DNA of 64,000 bases from positions 237,956,001-238,020,000 of the forward strand of contig OZ024743.1 in NCBI GenBank assembly GCA_964016885.1. The letters are read 5' to 3'. Numbering within the stretch: the stretch's first letter is position 1; each line of letters begins with the position of its first letter. This document shows positions 52,346 to 64,000 of the stretch, one piece after another. The DNA is from Eledone cirrhosa. Lineage: Eukaryota. Position numbers and translations under genes: made by a program. The notes beneath the pieces are model-generated. The model worked only from the letters and a program-made list of their open reading frames with translations. It was not told the DNA's origin and did no database searches.

Positions 52346-52922
52346 TCAAAAAGATGCGGTCAGTATGGAATAATATGACAAAGGTGAGCTAAATCTTCAA
52401 AGTAACGGATTGACCAATACGCAAAAAAAAAAAAAAAAATACTAAGCGATTTGTTAAGTTCCCCTCTCGAATTTTTTTAAACACCTATAACGGAATACTC
52501 CTATGTTTTACCGGCGAAGATTCGAAATTGAATCTGAGCTTTCTCGCCTCTGGGACAATCTATCGTTGGAAATTCTCACCATTGTCTTGTCAAGACAACG
52601 ATGATAAATGTACATTCCATTTGACCTGTGACTTCTAACCTCTTGGGAGACGATAACCACAGGGCTGATCATAAATCAACCTCATATATCCATCCTTCTA
52701 ACTTTAGCACATTATAAATACAAGGAGTTAAGGAACCAAAGAGGTCAGACACGAAGCGGCAGTCAACAAGATAACGATGTAGCATCAGTAGACCTTTCAC
52801 TCTATCTTTCTCCTGGTCCTTACTGGCTTACCTCCTCGGCCACCGAAACAGCCTGACAACCAGCCATGCATGCCTGACAGATTGACCACTACTACTATGA
52901 AAATAAGATATTCTAAGAATAG

Positions 52923-53049
<127 letters not shown>

Positions 53050-53089
53050 GTTCATATTGTTACATTATACTCTCATCTTATTCTTCCTA

Positions 53090-54205
53090 TGTACGAAAAC
53101 ATAGGTCGCCGAAGCAATGTCCCTCGGGACCGAAGATTTAACGGCTTGGTGCCGAGTGCTCATAGGTGGCAGGACATGAAAATACGAACGCAAACGGTTC
53201 ACATAGAGTGTAGGATCGACTGGGGCAAGCATCTGCCCTGACAAAGACAAAGGCGCGTCGTACAAATGTTCGGCTGGGGAGAATCCAAGGTCCTCCTTAA
53301 CTGAAGTGCGGATGCCGAGTAGTACTATGGGGAGGTACTCGCCTTAACGTAGAGTATCCAAATAGGCACGTAATGCGGCCTTCAACTGGCGATGAAAACG
53401 CTCCAGCATTCCATTAGATGCAGGATGGTAACTGGTAGTCCGGATACGTTGAGCACCGATGATATTTGTTAGCTCCGAGCAAAGGTGAGATTCGAACTGC
53501 CTACCACGGTCTGTAGCAATAGTAGTAAGAATACCGTAGCGCGATATCCATCCTGATACCAGGGCTCGCGCTACAGATTCAGCAGTAATGTCACTAAGAG
53601 GGATGGCTTCATGCCATCGGGTGAAACGATCAATGCAGGTCAGGATGTACGAATATCCACGACTGACTGGCCAAGGTCCCACGAGATCAATATGTATGTG
53701 TCGAAAACGTGCATCAGGTGTACTGAAGGTACCGAATGGAGCGCGGATGTGTTTATGCACCTTCGACTGCTGGCACAAGAGACAAGAATGAGACCATACA
53801 GTAATATCGCGTCTTATATTTGGCCAGAAGAATCTAGCCGTTATGGGTTTTACTGAGGCCGAGGCTCCAGGGCGTGAAAGGTTATGCAGAGCCTCGAATA
53901 CGATTCTTCGATGAGTCTCAAGAACGAAAGGACGAGGTGAATCAGTAGACACGTTACAAGTCACAACTTCTGAAGAGGACAAATCCAGTGAGTCCAAAGG
54001 TGGCTGATCTGTAGATAAGAGATTTAGGTCAATCTCCTGAGTTGGTGATATAGCACTAATAGGCAGTCTGGATAATGCATCTGCCGCGGTGTTTGTCGCG
54101 CCAGAAATATGTTGAATGTCACTGGTAAACTGCGAAACCAAATCGCGATGTCTCGTTTCCCTTGGCGAATATCTATCAGGTTTTGATTTCAAAGCAAAGG
54201 TAAGT
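53090..54205 (-). mobile_element. Ty3/Gypsy fragment: RNase H end and integrase
   Basis: NTAADALSR; H..C-LL-C zinc finger; [38 protein letters not shown]. Confidence 0.93.
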
Positions 54206-54898
54206 TACGTGATAAATGTAAATAGGAATTTGTAAATATACTTTAGTTGTTTAAGTAACGCCCGAATGAGTATCTGCCGCCATCAAACTAACTTGCCTTC
54301 CGCCTTTGGGTCTCGATCGACAGGATGGCGGAGGACGGCGAGAAAAACGCACTGAAACAGCCACTCCACCTCACAGGGCTCGCACCTGCGGACGGCCAAC
54401 TCTGCCCCGACAGTGTATATCTTGTTAGCGATTTTGGTATGAATCTTCTAATCTTCTTGAATTACGAGTTAGAACTATTAATTTCAAAATGATTATATAT
54501 TTTAAAAACCTTTCATCATCATTTAATATCAGAACATGTGTTAAGGTGTGCTCCAAACATCAGATAAGTAAGGAGAATGTTAATTATATCATTAAATTCC
54601 TCTACATTTTTGATTATTTAAAAAAGGATTTGAAAATTACAGGCAGTGTCTTTCATAAGAAATATGGTAACGAAGAGGTTAATGTGTTTATATTTATTTA
54701 AAATCCTTCCATGATAATTAGAAATCATAGGCATTGTATGATAGTAAAAGGGTTAAATGGAAACATATTTCTGGTTTAAATGAGAACACATATTACAAAC
54801 ACAGATATTCGCACATACTGCTACGTCTCTGTCTAACCACACGCACTAAAAGTCAGTGTATATATTTGTCTAAAAACCTTCTACCATTATTTTTCTGT

Positions 54899-55088
54899 CG
54901 GAGGATTGGCAGTATCTGTAGAGAGTCGGACACCATGCTTTGAAGCATAGAGTTACGTCCCTTTATTATCTGAGTTCAAATCCCGGCGAGGTTAAGTTTG
55001 ACTTTCATCCTTACAAGGCTCGATAAAATAAAGTACCAGTAATGTACTGGGTAATTGTTGGCCTTGTGCCTAAAATAGAAACAATTAT
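54899..55088 (+). mobile_element. SINE family B, full length (5' fragment also at 55503-55586)
   Basis: Matches 12698-12888. Confidence 0.85.
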
Positions 55089-55136
55089 TTTTCTGAGAAT
55101 TGTGTTACTTCGTCACACATACTACTAATAATTATT

Positions 55137-55275
55137 TTTTCCAGCCTGTGGCATTCGAGACATTTAGTGGAGTTGGGCCGCTGACAGCGATGTTCTTGTC
55201 ATCGCTGGCGGCTCGCGTTGCTGGGGTGTCAGGTGATGCCCGTGAGGGTGCCTGGTTATTTCAGCCTCTTAGTCT
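55137..55275 (+). mobile_element. C-terminal fragment of a CRE-type (restriction-like endonuclease) non-LTR retrotransposon
   Basis: FQPVAFETFSGVGP..FLSSLAARVA..SGDAREGAWLFQPLS resembles the recalled CRE C-terminal pattern FxPxAxETxGxxG..GDxRExxxLFQRxS. Confidence 0.6.
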
Positions 55276-55756
55276 TTTAATGAACCACTTGACTTAGGAA
55301 GCGTTGGGGAAATTTGAAATTTGAAAAGTGTGCATCCCAACGCAAATGCCTATAATAATAGTTGAGAAAATCAAGTTCAGTACCTCTGGAGACAGAAAAT
55401 GTGGACAGAGGTGTTTCTATCCACTCTTTTCCATCTTCTACAATATTTTACCTGATTTTCTCAAACACTATTTATAGTGGTCAAGTGTTATTATTATAGT
55501 CAAGGTCGGGAGATTGGCAGTGTCGGTAGAGCACTGGACAACATGCTGTATGGCCCTTTATGAACTGAGTTCAAATCCTGCCGAGGAAATATGGTATGCG
55601 GCTAGTGTTTGTAAAGGCCATACGAAAGACTATTAGGAAATGTTTTATAGAAAACATATTGTGTGGGAGAGTATAAAAAAGAAGATAAATAAATAAATAA
55701 ACCTGTGTGCACACTCACACAGAGGCATATATCCACAACAAATAGATGACCAAGCA

Positions 55757-57950
55757 GAGGCACCGTTTACAGCTACAGGCACATTTTCACCAAACCCCAC
55801 CAGCTCCGAACGCCCCAGACCCCTTCCTCACGCTGGGCCGACGACCATCGTCTTGGACGCCGGCACCCGAGCAATTTAGCACCCTGAACACGTTCGTCGA
55901 CGCCAGCCGTAGCGCAGTAAATAGCTTCGACTTCCGCCGTCGTTCCAAACGGCATAACATCACACGGAGCGAACTCCTCGCTCTCCGCTCCCTCCGTAGC
56001 CGAGATGACATCATCATCAAACCGGCGGACAAGGGAGACGCCGTGGTGGTGTGGCGCGCTGACCTCTAAACGGCTGAAGCCCTCAGGCAGCTCCGTCATA
56101 CCCTCTTCTACAGCCCTCTACGCCCCGACCTCACACCCTCTACCAACAACAAGTTTCCTCCACCATCCAACACCTCGTCTCCTCCTCCCTCCTCCCTCCC
56201 ACCGCTTCCCACCTCATCATCCACACCCCCGCACCCCCTCTATCTACTTCCTCCCCAAACTTCCCAAACCCGACAACCCAGGCCGCCCCATCATCTCCGC
56301 TTGCAACTGCTCCACAGAACCCATCTCCGCCTTTCTTGACTCCATCGTCCCCCCCCCCCCCCCTCGTCACCATTCTCCCCTCCCAAATCTCCGTCACCAG
56401 CCACGCCCTTCGCCTGTTCGAATCCCTCACTTTCCCACCCGACCCATACACCTTCCTCTTCACCCTAGATATGAAGTCCTTCTACACCGTTATCCCCCAC
56501 GCCGACGGCCTACGTTCCCTCCGGCACTACATCGACCTTCGCCCTCTCCTATCCCCTCCACCCTCACCCTCCTTCGCCTCGCCGAGCTGATCCTCACCCT
56601 CAACTGCTTCTCTTTCTCGGCTGAGTTTTACAAAGAGGTCACTGGGGTATCCATAGGCAAAAGAATTGGCGCAAACTATGCCAACCTTTTTGTTTTCCAT
56701 GTTGAGGCCCAAATCTTTGCCCAGTACACCGGCCCCATGCCCGAACTGTACGGTCGTTACATCTACGACTCTATCGGAGCCACGACCCTCACCCGAAAAC
56801 AGCTCGACTCCTTTCTCTCCTTCTTCTGCTCCTTCCACCCCTCCCTCCACTTCACCACCTCTATCTCCACTACCCAGATCCACTTCTTGGACATCTCCGT
56901 CGTCATCGACTCCTCCCACCGCCCTCTCGTTACCTCCACCTTCTTCAAACCTACCGACTCCCACTCATACCTCGACTTCACCTCCTCCCAGCCTTCACAC
57001 ACAAAGCACTCCACTCCTTACTCCCAACTCCTCTGGATCTGCCGCCTCTGCAGCCGAAATGCTGATTTCGAGTCCCAGGCCCTTTCTCTAGTCAGCCATT
57101 TCATCCGGAGAGGTTACCCCCTCCCTCGTCCACACCACCCTCACTCGTGCCCGTGCTGTCCACCGCTCCACCGCCCTCACCCCACGCCCTCGAACCCCCA
57201 CCCGCCGTCTCCCCTTCCCCATCATCTACCACCCCTATACCCTACCCCTCCACCGCACCGTCCTCCACCTCTTCCGACGCCTCCAGTCCCACCTCTCCAC
57301 CTCCCCCATCTTCACATCCCCACCCCACTCCTTCAAACGCACGCGTTTTCTCCGCTCCCTCCTCGTCCGCAGCTCCCTACCCCCAACCCACGTTATCCCC
57401 CCTCCCAGGTTACCTTCCCTGCTCCAAGCCACACCTGCCCCCACATCGTCAACACCACCACGTTCCAATGTCCCAACGGCCACTCTCTCTCTGTCCGGCA
57501 CGCCTTCGGCTGCACCACCTCCAACCTCGTCCATGGACTTCGCTGCACGGAGACAGCGCAACCTACGTCGGACAGACTGGACGTCGCCTAGCAGATCGGT
57601 TCACGGAACACCTCTGTGATATTCGTCTCGGCGGGAGTTCCCCATCGCCCCCCACTTTGGCTCCCCTGGACATTCCGCCCACCACCTCACAGTCTGTGGT
57701 CAGATCCAAAGCCATGGGACACCCGCCACCCGCCTTACGGTCGAGCAACACACCATCTTCACCAGACCCCCACACACCCCGGCCTGAACTCCCCACTCCA
57801 ATTCCTTTAGCATTCGACCGCACACATCTCCCCCACACATACATCCCCACTAACACCACTAACACACTCCTCAGTTTCACCGCCCCTGCCCCCTTGGCCT
57901 ACCCACAACTAATAATACTAACACCCCCTACCCCGACCCTCCTCCCAACT
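55757..57950 (+). mobile_element. Penelope-like element, C-rich, decayed (RT and GIY-YIG)
   Basis: IIKPADKG, YFLPKLPK..GRPII, LFTLDMKSFYTVIPH, GVSIG..YANLF, RYIYD (decayed RYIDD), IHFLD, KPTDSHSYL, TYVGQTGRRLADRFTEH. Confidence 0.92.
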
Positions 57951-58240
57951 GATGGTGTGTATTCTATATGTTAAAATCTAGGTGGTTCAGTACTAATTTT
58001 GGGGTTGCTGGTTCAATTCATGGTGGTTTAAAGTTTGAGAATCTAGTAGCTATTTTATGTCTACAGAAAATAGATCTTTCTATTATGCTGTTAAGCAGCA
58101 CCCCATTGTACCTTAAAATATGTAGCAGTTCTAAATTACAAAGCCCGCAGTGGGACATACCGTTGCTGTAGGTTTTTGCTACCGATAATTTTGACCAGTA
58201 CTGAACCACCTAGATTTTAACATATAGAAGACACACCATC
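57951..58240. mobile_element. 290-bp element with 44-bp terminal inverted repeats (MITE-like or fold-back)
   Basis: GATGGTGTGTATTCTATATGTTAAAATCTAGGTGGTTCAGTACT (57951-57994) against 58197-58240, one mismatch; no target-site duplication seen. Confidence 0.75.
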
Positions 58241-58599
58241 GCACTGCTATTAGCTATCAAACGGCCAACTGGTCACTGGATCATAAATCTCTGAACATTT
58301 CTTTCACCCTCTCTCCCTGAAACATCAACCCCATTAAGATAAAACAATCAGCAAAACATTTACAACAAGCGTTTATCAAATGTCCCGTCATCCATAGCCC
58401 ATAAATATCATACATACATCCAGCAATTAATCTTTAATTTATTGTCTCTTTTATCGGACCCTCTACACGTATCTATGTACATCTCGAATCTAGCTTCCCA
58501 CCAATGAATCCTTATAAGAACACTTACTCAAAATCTACTACTATGTACTTACACGCTCTCACCTTTTTATTTATCCCTCTATATTTTCGATTCCCGTAT

Positions 58600-58962
58600 T
58601 TTCTTACTTTTTTATGTACCCTATCTTATATTCTACTTTTACTTTTTACATTTGTAACTTCTCTACCTATTTACCATACATGTATTATTATTGATGTTAT
58701 TATTTAGATTATACGCTATTTTATTATTGATGTTATTGTTTTAATTATACACTATTTCTCTATATAAGTCTTGTCTCGAGTGAATTATTTTCATATATAC
58801 ATGCTCTGATGTGTTGACCATAGGTGAATAATGTATTGGAGATCGAATAACGCATCTCAAGCGATTAGCGAACTCACGACCCACATGATCAACGAAACAA
58901 TTGTCAGTACTTTAAATAAAGCCCTTATTGTACAGCCAACCATGTTAATCTTATTCTTTAAC
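58600..58962 (+). mobile_element. PLE pseudo-LTR-like element (family of 6785-7145 and 61625-61758)
   Basis: Three copies in the window; hammerhead-like motif followed by AATAAA, ending at (TA)n. Confidence 0.75.
58802..58909 (+). ncRNA. Hammerhead-like motif, CUGAUGU variant with extended stem II
   Basis: TGCT-CTGATGT-GTTGACCAT..ATGATCAAC-GAA-ACAATTGT-C-AGTA; perfectly palindromic stem III, GUC site. Confidence 0.65.
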
Positions 58963-58982
58963 TATATATATATATGTATATT

Positions 58983-61610
58983 TATTAAAATAACAGATTA
59001 AAGTTTAAGCAAAGAATCGCTGCTATCACGCTAAACGGGATCTTCTGAAACTAACAAAGTCAATCTGTGAACGCAGAAGTGAATATTTAAAAAAACGTTG
59101 CAAACGGAGGAAGACAGGAAGACGATACTTTGGTTCGTGGAAACGTTCCCTGGCAAAGAACGGGAAAAAAACGAATATAATACGTTATTATTTGGAGCGG
59201 TGAAAAACAATTACACGCGAAGACAAAACCACGTTTATGGTATGAAAGAAGTCGTAGACTAATATTTTATTAGGTGGTTCATAGAGACGTTCTCTGGCAA
59301 TGAACTGAAAAAATGAAGATAATACGTCATATGTGGAGCGTGGAGAACAATTGCACGCAAAGACAAAACCACGTAAATGGTATAACTGATGTCGTAGACT
59401 AAAATTCTAACTAAGAAACCGAATAATTCTCGGCTTCAGAGTGAAGGATAAAGTAAATAAAATACAATACAGAGGTAATTGAAATTAAATAAATACATAC
59501 ACGAATCCATATACGTACATACACAAGCATACGCGAAAACACTCGCCATAGGTATACAAATACACGCACATAAAAATATGTGTGTGTGTGTGTGCGTGTA
59601 TACAAATAATTAAATGAACGTATATAAATAAATAAGTACGTATATAACAAGCGCACACACATACCTACATGTAAATACACATATGTTCGGAGACGTACGT
59701 CAACCAAATCACGAAGTACACATATACACACACACTACCTACGTACGAACCCGCATACTGACATAGACGTAAAACTCACGTATACACATAACCAAAAACA
59801 TATGTACAAGAATATATAAAATATACGCCATAACATATACAATCAAATATACGTACGAGAAAGTATACGTACCTTCACAAAACATACAGGTAATATATAC
59901 TTACCTACACAACTAAGTAATGGTATAAACATAACATATACTTAGCTTCCACACCAAGACGTAAAATATCCGCGTATAGATCGTACTATCCGTTAGGGTA
60001 TATGTGGGGCTGTAATACAGGAAATGTTTGTGCAATTTATGTTTACAAGCCGAAATTGCCTCAGATTTTTTGTTTAAGATGTGGACTGTGGCGTAGAGTA
60101 TTTCCAGGGCCTCAGCGGCGCAGAGGTCACACGGTCTTTTATTTCCGTTATACGATCTAGCCCTAGCTAGGATCTCCCTGTGTAACTTATATTGGGTGTG
60201 GTTGTCTTTTAGACTCCAGATATAAGCTGACAGTGATGTCACATTCCTTCTTCGAAGGTAACGAAAAGAATGGGTATGCACGTAAAGACGCTGCTTGAAT
60301 CTATTGCCGGTTAACCCTATGTAGGTCCTACGGGACGTGAGTGTTTCAACCTTACATTTGTAGACAACGTTACTAGAGAGGCATTTCCCGGATAGAAGGC
60401 AGTCAACCCGATTCCTACAATTAGAGTCAGTACTAAATAGAGGGTTGCACGGGTTCCTACGGCTAGGTAGTTTAGCTAAATTAGAAGCTGGATGTTATGT
60501 GCAAGGTTAGGAGTCGTAGAGTAAAAAATGTTAATAGTATTTCTATTAAAAATTTTACTATATTTATGTGTAGGGGGAAAATGCTTCGTAATAAGGGATA
60601 GAAAGATCTTAGCTAATGGTGTGGCCACCTCCATATTATATTGTGGGTTATACCATATAATGCGTCGGGATCTATTTCTTCTAGGTCTATTCTCGTACTC
60701 TATGTATGTTACCTTATCGACAAATCCACTCCGAGCAAGAGCTTCATTGTAATATGTGGAATGGTTGTTGAAAATATGCTCGTTAGTAGATAGACGGAAA
60801 AGCCTCAACGAAACGTTTCTTACCAGGTTCTTGGTTATCCTGGTAGGATGGTTAGAATGCTTACTTATGTAATTAAGCGTATCATTCGGCTTTCTATACG
60901 GATAATACAAGCCATTCGATAAATTGAGGGTAACGTCGAGGTAATTAACGACCGAGAGGTTGGCCTCAACCTGTATAGAGAGGTTGAAACCTTTAAAGAA
61001 GGCTGAGTTCTTTTCGGAACTTGTCGCAAGCACGTGGGCCGCACTTATTCATGGTCAAAAGACCCTTATCACGGTACAAACCACCGCCCACGTTGGGGAA
61101 TTCGTCCTTGATAGAGCAAAGAAGGAAAAGGCCGATAAGATCAGTAACCTCCGCAGAATCGCTGGCGCCCATACTCACGTTGAATGGGGTACTATTAGAT
61201 TTTTTAATCCAAATAGAGTCGTCGAAATTAATCACCGACTTACGGGCATTGAGGATGACATCAACTTCGAAATCCTTAACCACTGTGAGTGTTTTAGCGA
61301 AATTGATAGCTCTAAGGAGAAGTGGTAAAGTGATGGAGGAGCAGTAATTATTGATCTCGAATTGGATAAAATGGCAATGTTCCTTGTTGCATATGCCGTT
61401 GAACCAATCAATCACCGCGAAAGAATTGTTCCACAGTGCAAGAGGGGCCAAACTTCTAATTTCAGGTATAATTCTATCAAGAATCCTTTTACTAAGTCTA
61501 CCTAAATCGGACTTCGTAGGGTTAATAAGCCGAATAGAGGGGTTGTCTCGGAAAATTGGATTTGTGATCCTTCAGGGTAAAGTGGGGAGAAATAGGGTCC
61601 AGAGGTTCGG
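58983..61610 (-). mobile_element. Penelope-like element (probably Naiad-type), 5'-truncated, with 3' pseudo-LTR
   Basis: RLINPTKSDLG, FNVSMGASDSAEV, GLYRDKGL, VNYLDVT, PYRKPN, HSNHP, SNCRNRVDCLLSGKC, VVYKC..YIGLT, CDLC, CKH; tandem duplication of about 145 bp in the 3' region (about 59130-59405). Confidence 0.9.
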
Positions 61611-61624
61611 TCCGGTCCAGGATG

Positions 61625-61758
61625 TTGATGTTATTGTTTTAATTATACACTATTTCTCTATATAAGTCTTGCCTCGAGTGAATTATTTTCATATATACAT
61701 GCTCTGATGTGTTGACCATAGGTGAATAATGTATTGGAGATCGAATAACGCATCTCAA
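61625..61758 (+). repeat. 134-bp direct repeat of 58727-58860
   Basis: One substitution seen (TTGTCTCGAG against TTGCCTCGAG). Confidence 0.9.
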
Positions 61759-62119
61759 TTTAAATTTCAAAATCCAAACCTGTTCCGTAGATAAGTTTAA
61801 ACTTCAAAATCCAAATAAGTTTCGATAAATGAAAAAGTGAAAAAATACCATAATCAGATCTCATCAGCAAGTACCCTGAAAAATTGGTATGTTTCACTTC
61901 AAAATATTTAAGAAGACTGATCAACGCACATGGTTTCTCAGTGTCTAGCCACCGCATACTCGTGCTGGTAGAAATAACAGCCGTTTTTATGGGGCTAAAA
62001 TTAGCTCGACAGAAGGAGCCGTGACACTTTTTCATTTATCGAAACTTATTTGGATTTTGAAGTTTAAACATATCTACGGAACAGGTTTGGATTTTGAAAT
62101 TTAAATTTGTCCAAGTACC
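61757..62119. mobile_element. Fold-back relic with 83-bp arms (61757-61839 and 62025-62107) carrying split hammerhead halves
   Basis: Near-perfect inverted repeat; GGTACTTG-CTGATGA on the minus strand and GTC-CAAGTACC on the plus strand. Confidence 0.7.
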
Positions 62120-62321
62120 TCGGCCATTTGCCAGTATGGTTTGTTTTTATTGATTTATTATTTTAAATCGAGACAGGCAAACTGTATTATTATAATTAGT
62201 ATTTTTCAATCTAGCTAACTTAGTCATTTACAATACAAACACTTATATGTTGGTATTTGTGTTTATCATATATATTAATTTATATTAACTTGTATATATA
62301 TATGTATATATATATATATAC

Positions 62322-62352
<31 letters not shown>

Positions 62353-62742
62353 TATATATGTATATATATATATAAATATATATGTATATATATATATATA
62401 AATATATACATATATATACATGTAGATATATACATATATATATAAACACACATATATATATATATATATACATATACACATATATATATACACATATATA
62501 CATATATATATATACACACATATATATATATATATAAATATATATATACATATACGATATTAAACAAATGGAAACTATATTTATAAAACCATATTTATTT
62601 CGTTATATATATTTCTGGGATATCATATTAAAAATATGGTATGCCTTCCTCGTAAACCTACTCCAAAAACTGTTGAGTGCTTTTATATCAGTTATAAAAT
62701 ATTTACTCGTTGTAACCCAACAATTTTAAATAAATCTTTTGC

Positions 62743-62827
<85 letters not shown>

Positions 62828-62828
<1 letters not shown>

Positions 62829-63358
62829 TAGCATTAAAGCCCGGAGTTGCTCAGGGTCAGTAAGTTACCAAATTTAAGTTGCACTACCCATTTTATGGCA
62901 GCACTTTTTTGTGTGCCAGGCACTGGGTGAATGAATTACAGACCTGGACTCCCGAAGCAGGAGCTGCACCAGCAGAGACAATTGTAGTTTCGTCTACGGA
63001 TATTATCTTTGTGCAAAGAAGTGTTGAAATTTATTGTTTCACAGTACTTGCGCAACACGCGCGTAGACGACGCCAGCCGAACAACAGAGCTGCAATGGAG
63101 TTGTTCTGTATGGTTGTCTAATGTGTGTTTTCTAAATTTAAGACAGTAGGGAGGGGTGTAATATGGGGGAGAGTTAGCTGGTGTTTATAGCAGGTTTAGT
63201 GACCTCATAGAGGATATTGTGTATAGTAAATCATCTGATACTTCTTTCTTCCAAGTTCGTTGAGAGATGTTTTAAAAAAAGATTTATCGCTATTTTTTTG
63301 TGGTTGAATAAATTTATCTGCTGCTTTTGAATATTTGTTGTTTCGACCCAAAAACAAA

Positions 63359-63445
<87 letters not shown>

Positions 63446-63800
63446 TCACTCTCTTCTCTCTCTTCTTTCTTCGACATTCCTAAAGGAAGTTTGGAAGTTT
63501 AAGCATATATAAGATAAAGTTGCAGCATGTAAGTAGTTTTATCGAATTTTAAGGGGAGTAGAGAGAGGTACTCAGATTGTATTAGAGGGGTAAAGCGTCA
63601 TGTATTTAGTTTTATCGATTATTTCCGTAATTGTGGGTGAGTTTGAAATAAATAAATAGTCGTTGAACTAAATTAGAGCATTTACAACACTCTTACAGAC
63701 GTTGAGTCGAATCGGTTTGAAATTGTGCAAAAATATAAACATGGAACATGCACACCCCCACACACACAACAACAATCTGCCTTTTATAGATAAGGATTGA
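62828..63800 (-). mobile_element. Non-autonomous Helitron of about 970 bp
   Basis: Minus strand begins A|TC..CTATAAAAGGCAGATTG(TTG)(TG)n and ends with hairpin CCCTGAG-caa-CTCCGGG then CTAG|T; (TA)n on both flanks. Confidence 0.7.
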
Positions 63801-64000
63801 TATATATATATATATATATAATGTAGGAGGTGAGTTTTATTGTAGTACAATAAAGCAATGCAGATATCGGATAAGAAGCACTCTACAGTTTGTAGGACTG
63901 GAGTATGGATAATATAAGATCAAAAGATGGTTAAAGGAGTTCCATGTATTTTATTATGCGCATTTCAAAAACAAACATCATCATGCAATAATATTTGTGT

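Noticed and set aside
54257-54420. GC-rich island with short stems (possible HDV-like ribozyme or element 5' UTR)
   Set aside because: No consistent P1/P2 pairing was found; left unannotated.
56005-57591. 528-aa ORF as an intact gene
   Set aside because: It is a mosaic of in-frame and out-of-frame PLE segments, the catalytic DD is mutated (RYIYD), and its length reflects stop-poor C-rich composition.
58241-58420. Possible decayed GIY-YIG C-terminus upstream of the 58.6-kb pseudo-LTR
   Set aside because: Similarity is too weak and interrupted to support by eye.

Overview
This is eukaryotic, AT-rich, repeat-saturated DNA with no convincing intact host gene. The SINE and microsatellite content is cephalopod/octopus-like (inference). 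The window holds decayed RTE-clade LINEs (4.3-6.8 kb minus, 18.2-20.1 kb plus, plus 3' fragments), two tRNA-derived SINE families, and three Penelope-like retroelements (PLEs: 12.1-14.0, 55.8-57.9 and 59.0-61.6 kb). It also holds an internally deleted RepHel Helitron with short non-autonomous Helitrons, Gypsy fragments, a CRE-type fragment and long (TA)n/(CA)n tracts. A 20.6-kb satellite (20.1-40.8 kb) has a ~20-21-bp monomer and a 4.18-kb near-identical tandem duplication. The most striking signal is invisible in the ORF track: about 17 type I hammerhead-ribozyme (HHR) motifs from about 11 unrelated sequence families, read by eye. Most sit in fold-back, (TA)n-embedded, non-coding PLE pseudo-LTR relics. 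Several carry family-conserved non-canonical cores: U3-A8; CAGAAGA with a CUU site in two unrelated families; CUGAUGU; CUGAGAA. All folds were assigned manually and none has been tested for activity. Nearly all ORFs in the supplied track over microsatellite and satellite DNA are spurious.
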